A DNA stretch of 64,000 nucleotides from an uncultured SAR86 cluster bacterium (GTDB taxonomy: Bacteria; Pseudomonadota; Gammaproteobacteria; Magnimaribacterales; AG-339-G14), in the NCBI GenBank assembly GCA_902589965.1, contig CACIUX010000002.1, forward strand, positions 94,998 through 158,997. Direction: 5' to 3'. Numbering within the stretch: position 1 is the stretch's first letter; every line of letters begins with the position of its first letter. Shown here piece by piece: positions 36,044 through 44,997 of the stretch. A model generated the notes under the pieces. That model worked only from the letters and a program-made list of their open reading frames with translations. It did no database searches and was not told the DNA's origin. Position numbers and translations under genes: made by a program.

Positions 36044-38618
36044 CTTGAGATGATTCTATAGCTTCTACCACATCATTCATATTATCTAATAATTTTTTAA
36101 AATTTGGCTTGAATTCATTAAATTCATTTAATTCTAAATCGCTAATAATGGTAGTTGGCCTTTTATGAGCATCTGGATTTCCTATCATTTCGATAAAATC
36201 AATCCAAGCAAGCCCTTGTTGAGGTGATTGAGGTAAATTTGTTACTTTGGGCATCTGAATAAAAAAAGTATTTTTTATTTCTTCAGAAATATCAATATTT
36301 ACATCAACGGGTTCTACATATGCCTGGATAATACCTTGGTCGTCCTTGAAAAAAATTTCTAGAATTTCTTTTATTTGTGGCCAATCGAGCCAATATATAT
36401 TTTCGTCGTAAGAACCTTTTTCAAGTTGAGCAGCTAATTCACTTCCTTTGACGTTAAGTTTTTTTGCAAGCTTTCTTATACTGTTCTCTTTTGCAGATTT
36501 AATTTCTTCTCCTTTAAACCATTGCTTTTTACATTGTTCTCTTATTAATTTGTCCCAATAATTGCTGCCAAAAATCGCTTTCAAATAATCATGAAAGGTT
36601 TTCATAAATTGAACTTCATATTCACCGGTAATTTTTTGAGGACTTTCAGTGTCTAAAATATGCTCAAATCTATTCAAAAAGATATCATCTTCATCTGAGG
36701 GAAGATTAGGATCATCCTCATAAACAAGCTTTTCTTTAAAACTAGGTAGTAGTTTTTCTATGATCAATCTTCTTGCTAAAGGATAAGAACCAGTTCCTCT
36801 CTTTAAAGGAGCCCCTTTATATACCCACCCCATTATGAGATTTTTATCTTCAGATGAAATCTTTTCTAAAGATAAGCAAAGTTCTGATATGTAAGGGTTT
36901 AATACTTGGATCAATTTTTTTGGAGAAATTCTATTAACTTCACTTCTTTTTTTATACGTCTCAAAACTTATTATTCGTTCTAAGGTATAAATTAATCCAA
37001 CAATAAAGTGTGTCTGCAGTGCTCCCAGGGTATCAACACTTTTCCTTTTCCAGGCATCTTCTATGCTTTTCCTAATTTTACTAAAATACAAAATGAGTAT
37101 TTCGGAAGCAAAATTACTTGTTTTTTTGAAATCTTCCTCATAATTCAGAAATCCTTTCTTAAAATTATTTTCTGCAGATAATAACTCACCGTTTAATAAA
37201 CCAACTTGAAGTTGTTTTGTAGGCAAGATACCTGATGATTCAGGTTGAGGAATAGCTACTGGATTCTTACTAAATGGAGATTTATCATCTTCTCTGAGCG
37301 CAAGGATTATAGAAGTTGCTAAATTCTCAACTTGTTTAAGACCAGTTGATTTCTCTCCAATAAGAAGCGCAACTTCAATTTTTAAGCTTACATCTACCTT
37401 TTTTTGATTTTCATTAACGTCAATAAATAATTCTGCTTCTTCTACCTGCGATAAATCAGGGTACATAGTCACAATAATTGGATGATCTAGTACTTGTTCT
37501 TCTTTAGTTCCAGAATAACCAAACAATCTATGTTGCCCATCGATCACATGAAACATGCCAGGTCTTCCTTGAAGAATAAGCTCCCCAGTCCTCCCAGAAC
37601 CTAATCTTTGTCTTTTAGTCCACTTCCAATGTTTTCTATTGCCCCTAAAACTAACCAAGACATTATTTGGAAATGGTTTGCGTGCAGCCTCTAAGTATCT
37701 AGAAATTTCGCTAATTCTTCTTTTTGTTAAGACTCTTTGATAATTTTTTGATCTACTTTCTCTAACAGAAGTTTCTTCGTCATCTAAATTATTAAGATTT
37801 TTTGATCGATTAATACTTTCAAGAAAATCATCTGTCTCACTCTCAACTACAAAAGCTTCTTTAGCTTTTCTATGTTCTACAACACACAATGGCATGATTT
37901 CTTTTGCTTTCGCCGTGAAAGTATATGCAAATCTATCTCTGGAACTATTATCTAGTGAAGTCTGCATTGCTCCAACTTTAAGCTCCTCATAAATAGGTTT
38001 TGTATTACTTCTGTACATTCCTAAAAACTGATTAAAAGAAAAATAGCTATTTTTTGAAATCTTGTAGCAATCTTCAAAATAATCCAACTCAGGATCTGAT
38101 AAATGCACAACGCCTCTTTTAGAGAATTTCTTTTGGTTTTCAATAGACACATTTTTATGTCCTCTAGTTGCAATGATCCAGATTGGAATGATCTCATCAC
38201 CTTTCGAAAAGATTGTTCTTATTCTCTGCTTAACATAACTTTTTTCTTTTATGACCTTATCAAAAGCTCCACCGATTGCTGCATTGGTATGTCCTCCTTT
38301 GCAACTATGTTTACATTCGATCATGATCAAAAACTTTCTCTCATTATGTTCAATATATCCCACCGCATCTTGTTGGGTTGTTTTCAGAGAGGGATGATCA
38401 TATGCTGTTAAATCATATTTAAACTCTCCAACATTAATAAACTTAGCGCCTAAATTTATTAGTAAAATTCTTGCATCTCTTTCAAAAAGGCTCCAACTTT
38501 CTCCCTTTTGAACATTTGTCCATCTTGGAATTTTTGGCCCAGTTCTATTGAAAATTACTTTATGGAAAGCCTTTGCTTCAATGGAGTCATTATATTTATC
38601 ATTAAACAAATCTGACAT
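36036..38618 (-). CDS. 860-aa fusion protein: N-terminal PD-(D/E)xK nuclease-like domain + DGQHR (DndB/ParB-like) domain + ~400-aa uncharacterised C-terminal region
   Basis: The D84...E101-C-K103 context ('QQDAVGYIEHNERKFLIMIECKH') fits PD-(D/E)xK. 'FHVIDGQHRLFGY' (aa 357-369, nt ~37527-37541) is the DGQHR signature. Confidence 0.75.
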   Translation of the reverse strand: MSDLFNDKYNDSIEAKAFHKVIFNRTGPKIPRWTNVQKGESWSLFERDARILLINLGAKFINVGEFKYDLTAYDHPSLKTTQQDAVGYIEHNERKFLIMIECKHSCKGGHTNAAIGGAFDKVIKEKSYVKQRIRTIFSKGDEIIPIWIIATRGHKNVSIENQKKFSKRGVVHLSDPELDYFEDCYKISKNSYFSFNQFLGMYRSNTKPIYEELKVGAMQTSLDNSSRDRFAYTFTAKAKEIMPLCVVEHRKAKEAFVVESETDDFLESINRSKNLNNLDDEETSVRESRSKNYQRVLTKRRISEISRYLEAARKPFPNNVLVSFRGNRKHWKWTKRQRLGSGRTGELILQGRPGMFHVIDGQHRLFGYSGTKEEQVLDHPIIVTMYPDLSQVEEAELFIDVNENQKKVDVSLKIEVALLIGEKSTGLKQVENLATSIILALREDDKSPFSKNPVAIPQPESSGILPTKQLQVGLLNGELLSAENNFKKGFLNYEEDFKKTSNFASEILILYFSKIRKSIEDAWKRKSVDTLGALQTHFIVGLIYTLERIISFETYKKRSEVNRISPKKLIQVLNPYISELCLSLEKISSEDKNLIMGWVYKGAPLKRGTGSYPLARRLIIEKLLPSFKEKLVYEDDPNLPSDEDDIFLNRFEHILDTESPQKITGEYEVQFMKTFHDYLKAIFGSNYWDKLIREQCKKQWFKGEEIKSAKENSIRKLAKKLNVKGSELAAQLEKGSYDENIYWLDWPQIKEILEIFFKDDQGIIQAYVEPVDVNIDISEEIKNTFFIQMPKVTNLPQSPQQGLAWIDFIEMIGNPDAHKRPTTIISDLELNEFNEFKPNFKKLLDNMNDVVEAIESSQVS

Positions 38619-38627
38619 AATTCAAAA

Positions 38628-39425
38628 ATGATAGTTAAGTGGGCTGGCGGTAAAAATTGGCTTTACAAAAAACATAAAAGTATCTTTCCTGATTCTTATA
38701 ATAACTATATTGAGCCATTTTTTGGAGGGGGTTCAATTTTTTTTAACATGTTTCCTAAAAAAGCTTATTTATCGGATGTAAATGAGAAGCTTATAAATCT
38801 CTATATCGATCTAAAGAACGATCCAGAAAGTTTGTTCCAAGGCGTAAACCGTCTTATAGAATCTCACTCAGACGAACAATATTATGCTGTCAGGGATAAA
38901 TTCAACAATTCAAAAAGTACATCGAGCGTTTATTTTCTCTACCTGAATAGAACATGCTTTAACGGGATCTACAGAGAAAATAGAAAAGGGGAATTCAATG
39001 TTCCTGTGGGCAGAAGAAAATCTTCCTACTTTCCTTTCACAATGAAAGATTTCCTTCAATTATCTTTTCAACTTAAAAACACTAATTTGCAGAACTGTGA
39101 CTTTAGAGAAGCTCTGAAAACAGCAAAAAAAGGAGATTTTATTTACCTGGATCCTCCTTACATTGAATTTGAGAAAGAATACGATTCTTTCAGAAGATAT
39201 AACGGAGTAGTTTTTTCAAAAAGTGATTTGGAAGAACTGGCTTTAGAAGCCAATAGATTAAAAGGGAAATGTAAAATTTTAATATCAAATTTTGATCAAA
39301 GAGGAGTCAAAGATTATTTTACTGAGAAAGAATGGAAATTTAAGTCCATCAAACAAATGACATATTTGTCAGGTAAAAAGGAAGGACGCAAATATATGAA
39401 TGAGGCCTTAATTTACAATTATTAA
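38628..39425 (+). CDS. Dam-family (D12 class) N6-adenine DNA methyltransferase
   Basis: 'KWAGGKNWL', SAM motif 'EPFFGGGSIFF', and catalytic 'YLDPPY'. Confidence 0.85.
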   Translation: MIVKWAGGKNWLYKKHKSIFPDSYNNYIEPFFGGGSIFFNMFPKKAYLSDVNEKLINLYIDLKNDPESLFQGVNRLIESHSDEQYYAVRDKFNNSKSTSSVYFLYLNRTCFNGIYRENRKGEFNVPVGRRKSSYFPFTMKDFLQLSFQLKNTNLQNCDFREALKTAKKGDFIYLDPPYIEFEKEYDSFRRYNGVVFSKSDLEELALEANRLKGKCKILISNFDQRGVKDYFTEKEWKFKSIKQMTYLSGKKEGRKYMNEALIYNY

Positions 39426-40313
39426 TTAATCCTCTTTCAGGTCTTCCGCTCCTTTATTTAATTCTCTTCCAAGGACATTAATTCTAGTTTGCAATGAAGA
39501 AACTTCTTTTATTGAAGCCTCTAATTTTTTGGTCACCGCTTCGGTGCTTTTATCAAAACTATCAAACTGAGTTTTAATTCGTCTTACCACTTCTGCAACC
39601 TTGCCCGCCGTTTCATTGAGTCGGAGATAATGATGACCGATTCTTATGGTATCGAGAAAAGCAGCCAGAGTATTGGGACCTTGAATTAGAACTTTTTTCT
39701 CTGCCAGGCAATCCTGTCTTAGGTTTTCAATATCATCGACTAGATCGATTAATTTTTCGGATGCTATGTAAAGCACTGCGTAATTGGAAGTTGAGTTTTG
39801 GCGAATGTATTTACTCGCTATATCGTCGGCATCGCGCAAGATAGCTGTGCGTAAATCTCTCAGCACAGTGCCTCGCTCATTGTCTCGACTCGCTTCTTGG
39901 TATTGTTTGTATTGACCGGCATAAAACTTTGAATCAATAGGGATAATGAGACCGTCGGCGGTGTTGACCGCGCAATCAACTCGGTCTTGAGTTTCAGGAT
40001 TAATTTGTGCTTGGAAGTTATAACTGCCGTCGGGCAAGATCTCTTTAACGATGGATTCTAGGTTCCATTCACCCAACCTTCCGGTAGTGACATTTCCGCC
40101 AAGAAAGCGGTTGAGTTCATTGATTGGCGTTGTTACTGATGCCAATTGATTTTCGATATCGTTGATATCTTTTGAAACCGAATCTAATTTAGTTTGTAAA
40201 TGATCGGTATTACCTTTCTCCAACGTGTTTTGATCTCTGAGTTTTAACAACAAGTAAGTCACGAGACCCAGAGTGACAGCCGAAAGGATGATAGCGATAA
40301 CGTTTAAGCTCAT
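39426..40313 (-). CDS. rmuC: RmuC-family DNA recombination protein (short form)
   Basis: N-terminal TM helix plus coiled coil. 'IIPIDSKF' and 'GPNTLAAFL' are RmuC-like motifs. Confidence 0.7.
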   Translation of the reverse strand: MSLNVIAIILSAVTLGLVTYLLLKLRDQNTLEKGNTDHLQTKLDSVSKDINDIENQLASVTTPINELNRFLGGNVTTGRLGEWNLESIVKEILPDGSYNFQAQINPETQDRVDCAVNTADGLIIPIDSKFYAGQYKQYQEASRDNERGTVLRDLRTAILRDADDIASKYIRQNSTSNYAVLYIASEKLIDLVDDIENLRQDCLAEKKVLIQGPNTLAAFLDTIRIGHHYLRLNETAGKVAEVVRRIKTQFDSFDKSTEAVTKKLEASIKEVSSLQTRINVLGRELNKGAEDLKED

Positions 40314-40357
40314 TTCAGCTTATTGTCTCATCTTAGAGGAGCCTTAAAAAGTTACTT

Positions 40358-40843
40358 TTAATTACTCTGTGGAAGAGCAGTTTTGGGGTTCAGTTGCGAT
40401 ACCGATAAGCAAATATTGATGATGCACCAAATAAGCACCCAACCTGGAATGGATACGCCGAATAAACTCCAGACAACTTCGGCGCAATTACCGTCACCGA
40501 TAAAAAGCATACGCAAAGCATCGGAAAAATAAGCGTTATCAAGTAGGTAGCCTAAATCGGGTCCGCAAAAGGGTACTTGGTCTTCCGGTAAAGACTGCAA
40601 GTACAAATGACGAATCGCGGATGCTGCTCCGGCAATACTAAATACAGTGGTTAAAGAAAAATAAAATTTAAACCAGCGATCGTGAAAGTAACCAATGAGG
40701 GCCGCTAAACCGGTCAATGCAATGGCGATTCTTTGAATGATGCACATAGGACAAGGCTCCAATCCCATTTGGTACTCCATGAAGTAAGCCACTGCGATGA
40801 GCACCACACAAAAACCAAAAATCAGTAATAGAACTTTTTTCAT
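40358..40843 (-). CDS. dsbB: disulfide bond formation protein B
   Basis: 'LEPCPMCIIQR' (CxxC in the first periplasmic loop), a second Cys pair, and four TM helices. Confidence 0.8.
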   Translation of the reverse strand: MKKVLLLIFGFCVVLIAVAYFMEYQMGLEPCPMCIIQRIAIALTGLAALIGYFHDRWFKFYFSLTTVFSIAGAASAIRHLYLQSLPEDQVPFCGPDLGYLLDNAYFSDALRMLFIGDGNCAEVVWSLFGVSIPGWVLIWCIINICLSVSQLNPKTALPQSN

Positions 40844-40897
40844 TGCTACTCTAAACTTGAGTATCGAAGTATAAACCATCAAAACAATATTGAATGC

Positions 40898-43570
40898 ATG
40901 GCCAAACCTGAAAATTTAGACGATAACAATTCTGTCATATTGGTCGACGGATCGTCTTATGTTTACCGTGCTTACCATGCCTTACCGCCGTTAACGACAT
41001 CCACAGGCCAGCCAACGGGTGCTGTGCGCGGCGTGGTCACGATGGTAATGCGGATACTGCAAGATCATCCTAACGCTCCGGTTGGCATGGTCTTCGATGC
41101 CAAAGGCGATACGTTTCGCCATGAAATGTATGAAGATTACAAAGCCAATAGAGCGGCGATGCCCGATGATTTGATCCCGCAAATTGAACCGATTCATGAA
41201 GTGATCAAAGCCTTAGGCATTAAAATCTTTGTGGTCGAAGGCGTTGAAGCGGATGATGTGATCGGCACGCTAGCTGCTGAAGCAGAACAAAAAGGTATCT
41301 CGACGATCATCTCTACCGGCGATAAGGATTTAGCTCAATTGGTCACCAAAAACATTAAGTTGGTGAATACGATGAAAAACGAGGTCCTCGATATCAAAGG
41401 AGTGGAGAAAAAATTCGGCGTGAAGCCGGAACAAATCGTTGATTACTTGGCTTTAGTTGGCGACACCTCGGATAACATTCCCGGCGTAGAAAAAGTGGGT
41501 CCGAAGACTGCGGTCAATTGGTTAACCGAACATAACGACATCGATACCATCATTGAAAAAGCAGAAGAATTCAAAGGCAAGGTTGGAGAATATTTACGTG
41601 CCGGCATTGAGCAATTAAAACTTTCTCGCCAACTCACCGAAATTAAGAAAGATGTGAAATTGGATTTTGGGATCGAAGATTTAGCAGTTGGCGAGCGCGA
41701 TGAAAAAAGGTTGCACGAGCTTTTCACGGAACTTGAATTCAAAACTCTATTAAAAGAGGCCCCTAAAGCCTCTAAGCCGAAAAGCACCAGCAAGTACACT
41801 TGTATCTTGGATGACAAAACCTTTAATGCTTGGTTAAAAAAACTAGCCAAAGCAAAGCAAATCGTCTTGGATTGCGAAACCGATCGATTGGATTTCACCA
41901 CAGCAGATCTGGTGGGCCTTTCTTTTGCTGTTGACGCTGGCGAAGCAGCTTACCTGCCTTTTACTCACAATTACGATAACGCTCCGTCGCAATTAGATCG
42001 CGATGCTTGTTTAAAAAAACTCAAACCCATTTTGGAAGAGAAGCCGATTATCGGACAACACATAAAATTTGATCGAAACGTTTTGGTCAATTACGACATT
42101 CATATAAATAGTATCGAAAACGACACCATGATGATGTCCTATGTTCTGGATTCAACTGCCACTCGTCATAACCTTGACGATATGGCCAATCATTATCTCA
42201 ATTTAAAAACTACAACTTTTGAAGAAGTCGCAGGAAAAGGGGTTAAGCAGCTTACCTTTAATAAAGTAAACCTCAATGTCGCAAGCGATTACGCTGCCGA
42301 GGATGCGGATATCACGTTGCAAATGTACGACACGATTGGTGAGCACTTAAAGAAACAAAAGACGTTACAAAAAGTCCTAAAAGATATTGAACTGCCGCTT
42401 ATTCCAGTCTTATCGGACATGGAACAAAAAGGTACAGTTATCGATTCCGATATTTTAAATCTTCAGTCTAAAAATTTAGGTCAACGCATCAACGGCCTTG
42501 AAGAACAAGCCTTCTCGATGGCCGGCAAAGAATTTAATTTATCCTCACCCAAGCAGCTTCAAGAGATTCTGTTTGACGAGATGAACATTCCGGTGATCGA
42601 AAAAACTCCAGGCGGTCAGCCTTCGACTGCAGAATCCGTTTTGCAAGAACTGGCTAAACAATACGAACTTCCTCAGGTAATTCTTGAACACAGAACGCTT
42701 TCCAAACTTAAATCAACTTACACCGATAGGTTGCCTGAACAGATTTCAGAGAAAACTGGCAGGGTGCATTCAACTTTTCATCAAGCGGTGACTACTACAG
42801 GAAGACTATCCTCATCAGATCCTAATTTACAAAATATTCCTATTAAAACTGAGGAAGGCAGGATGATTCGAGAGGCTTTTGTGGCTCCAAAAGGATTTGA
42901 TTTAATCTCAATTGATTACTCACAAATAGAGCTTCGCATTATGGCGCACCTTTCCAAAGACGAGGGTCTTATCACGGCTTTCGAAAACGGCGAAGACATT
43001 CATTCGGCTACTGCTAAGGAAGTGTTTGGTTCAGCCGATGATCAAGCTAGGCGCAGCGCAAAAGCCATAAATTTTGGACTCATTTATGGAATGTCAGCAT
43101 TCGGGCTAGGCAAGGCTTTGGGTGTGACTCGCCCCGAGGCAGCTGATTATATTGCTTCTTATTTTGGTAAGTACCCTGGTGTAAAAATATACATGGATGA
43201 GATGAAAGCCAAGGCTAAAGATCAGGGTTATGTGGAGACAGCTTTTGGCAGAAGGCTTTATTTACCTGGTATTCATTCTGGCAGAACGCGCATGGCAGCA
43301 GAGCGAGCAGCTATCAATGCTCCGATGCAGGGGACTGCTGCAGACATTATGAAATTAGCTATGATCAACATGCATGACTATATAAAAGGTACAGGTAAAG
43401 ATATTCATCTCATTTTACAGGTACATGATGAAGTTATCGTTGAATGCCCAGAAAAAGATACTAAGACAACGTTAAATGCTTTAGAGCAAATCATGACCGA
43501 CGTCACCAAATTATCCGTTCCCTTAGTGGTTGAAAGCGGCGTTGCAAACAACTGGGGCAAAGCCCACTAA
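40898..43570 (+). CDS. polA: DNA polymerase I
   Basis: 5'-nuclease N-terminus, 3'-5' exonuclease domain, and polymerase motifs 'DYSQIELR', 'RRSAKAINFGLIYG', 'QVHDE'. Confidence 0.95.
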   Translation: MAKPENLDDNNSVILVDGSSYVYRAYHALPPLTTSTGQPTGAVRGVVTMVMRILQDHPNAPVGMVFDAKGDTFRHEMYEDYKANRAAMPDDLIPQIEPIHEVIKALGIKIFVVEGVEADDVIGTLAAEAEQKGISTIISTGDKDLAQLVTKNIKLVNTMKNEVLDIKGVEKKFGVKPEQIVDYLALVGDTSDNIPGVEKVGPKTAVNWLTEHNDIDTIIEKAEEFKGKVGEYLRAGIEQLKLSRQLTEIKKDVKLDFGIEDLAVGERDEKRLHELFTELEFKTLLKEAPKASKPKSTSKYTCILDDKTFNAWLKKLAKAKQIVLDCETDRLDFTTADLVGLSFAVDAGEAAYLPFTHNYDNAPSQLDRDACLKKLKPILEEKPIIGQHIKFDRNVLVNYDIHINSIENDTMMMSYVLDSTATRHNLDDMANHYLNLKTTTFEEVAGKGVKQLTFNKVNLNVASDYAAEDADITLQMYDTIGEHLKKQKTLQKVLKDIELPLIPVLSDMEQKGTVIDSDILNLQSKNLGQRINGLEEQAFSMAGKEFNLSSPKQLQEILFDEMNIPVIEKTPGGQPSTAESVLQELAKQYELPQVILEHRTLSKLKSTYTDRLPEQISEKTGRVHSTFHQAVTTTGRLSSSDPNLQNIPIKTEEGRMIREAFVAPKGFDLISIDYSQIELRIMAHLSKDEGLITAFENGEDIHSATAKEVFGSADDQARRSAKAINFGLIYGMSAFGLGKALGVTRPEAADYIASYFGKYPGVKIYMDEMKAKAKDQGYVETAFGRRLYLPGIHSGRTRMAAERAAINAPMQGTAADIMKLAMINMHDYIKGTGKDIHLILQVHDEVIVECPEKDTKTTLNALEQIMTDVTKLSVPLVVESGVANNWGKAH

Positions 43571-43686
43571 TTTTTTTTCAGTTTAATTGAACTTTTATAC
43601 CTTTGTTTAGTCATAGGTATAGGTAGATTTTTTCATGTTTACTCTCCTATTAACCCCGGGCCACCCCAATGTCCGGGGTTTTTTTA
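43571..43686 (+). ncRNA. candidate small RNA in the polA-engB spacer (5' end undefined)
   Basis: This is the only sizeable spacer in this block. It contains an internal hairpin (atacct/aggtat) and ends in a plus-strand intrinsic terminator. The position matches Spot 42 (E. coli) and ErsA (Pseudomonas). Confidence 0.3.
43652..43686 (+). terminator. rho-independent terminator
   Basis: aaCCCCGG-13 nt loop-CCGGGGtt followed by a T7 run (43679-43685). Confidence 0.7.
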
Positions 43687-44277
43687 TGAAATGATAAAAG
43701 AGCCGAGCGCTTCCAGCCCATTACCCTTTTCGGCAGAGCAAATTTGCAGGTGCTCTATCTCTGGGTATTCTTGCGCTGCGCGTTGCGCTACTGCCAAAGA
43801 CTGGCCAGCTTGATTATTGGATAATTTATCGGCTTTGTTGAGACAGATAAAAATATTTATGGGCAGTCCTTTACACCAATCTAGAAAAACAAGATCGGCT
43901 TCTTTAAACGGATGTCTGATATCCATGATGACCACAACCTTCTTGAGACACTGTCTTCCAAGTAAATAGCTCTCCACCAGTTGCGCCCAGTTATTTTGAT
44001 CTCGTTTAGACGCTTTGGCGTAACCGTAACCGGGCAAATCTACCAATTTAGTTTGTTGATCATCGTTAATGGTGAAGAAATTTACCGTTTGGGTTCGACC
44101 GGGTGTTTTCGAGGTTTTAGCAAGCTTTTTGTTATTACCCAAAGCATTGATGATGCTTGATTTTCCCGAGTTAGAACGACCGCAAACGGCTATCTCAATT
44201 CCTTCATCAAAAGGGAGCTGCGCAAGGTTGCCGACAACGCGTTCAAACGCTAGGTTAATAGGTAATATTGATTTCAT
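43684..44277 (-). CDS. engB: ribosome-biogenesis GTPase EngB/YihA
   Basis: 'GRSNSGKSS', 'DLPGYGYA', 'LNKADK'. Confidence 0.9.
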   Translation of the reverse strand: MKSILPINLAFERVVGNLAQLPFDEGIEIAVCGRSNSGKSSIINALGNNKKLAKTSKTPGRTQTVNFFTINDDQQTKLVDLPGYGYAKASKRDQNNWAQLVESYLLGRQCLKKVVVIMDIRHPFKEADLVFLDWCKGLPINIFICLNKADKLSNNQAGQSLAVAQRAAQEYPEIEHLQICSAEKGNGLEALGSFIIS

Positions 44278-44355
44278 TGTTTTTCATACTAAACAAAGAT
44301 TATTAAAGGAGTATGGTATATAATTTTCGCTCGCTCGACCCTGAAATATTTCTTA

Positions 44356-44997
44356 ATGATTAAAAAAGTTATATTCATCTCAATTCTCTGTTTATCTGGA
44401 GCTATTTTCGCCGCATCTGAAAAAGCTGGTGAAGTGAAGCCTTTACCGAAAGGCGATCCAGTAAGAGGAGAAAAACTAGTCGGTTCTTGTGCTGCTTGTC
44501 ATGGTGCTGATGGAAACAGCTTAGTGGGCATGTGGCCAACTTTAGCCGGCCAAAGAGAGCTTTATCTTTTCGATCAACTTCATCATATCCAAGAAGGCGA
44601 AAGGGTCATTGAATCCATGATGGGACTGCTAGATGGCTATAACGACAATGACTTAAGAGATATGGCTGCATACTATGCTTCTCAAAAAATTAAAGTAGGC
44701 CAAGCAAGTGATGAAAACGTACTGCTTGGACAAACAATTTATCGAGCTGGAAATACTGCATCTGGACTGCCAGCATGCACAGGGTGTCACGGCCCCCAAG
44801 GAAAAGGAGTGAATTCAGCTGGCTATCCTGCTCTTGGTGGTCAAAAAGCAGAATACGTTGTTACCAGTTTAGTGGCTTACAAAAATAAAACTCGTGGAAA
44901 TGGTGAAGAGGAAGGTTTGGTTATGCAGAATGTTGCTAGCATGCTGACCATAGAAGAAATTCAAGCAGTGGCTAATTATGTATCAGGTCTCTATTAA
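44356..44997 (+). CDS. dihaem cytochrome c4
   Basis: Signal peptide and two CxxCH sites ('CAACHG', 'CTGCHG'). Confidence 0.85.
   Translation: MIKKVIFISILCLSGAIFAASEKAGEVKPLPKGDPVRGEKLVGSCAACHGADGNSLVGMWPTLAGQRELYLFDQLHHIQEGERVIESMMGLLDGYNDNDLRDMAAYYASQKIKVGQASDENVLLGQTIYRAGNTASGLPACTGCHGPQGKGVNSAGYPALGGQKAEYVVTSLVAYKNKTRGNGEEEGLVMQNVASMLTIEEIQAVANYVSGLY

Noticed and set aside
41443-41901. 152-aa ORF antisense to polA.
   Set aside because: It is embedded in the strongly supported polA frame. Its Ser/Leu/Phe-rich composition is typical of the antisense of a Lys/Glu-rich gene.
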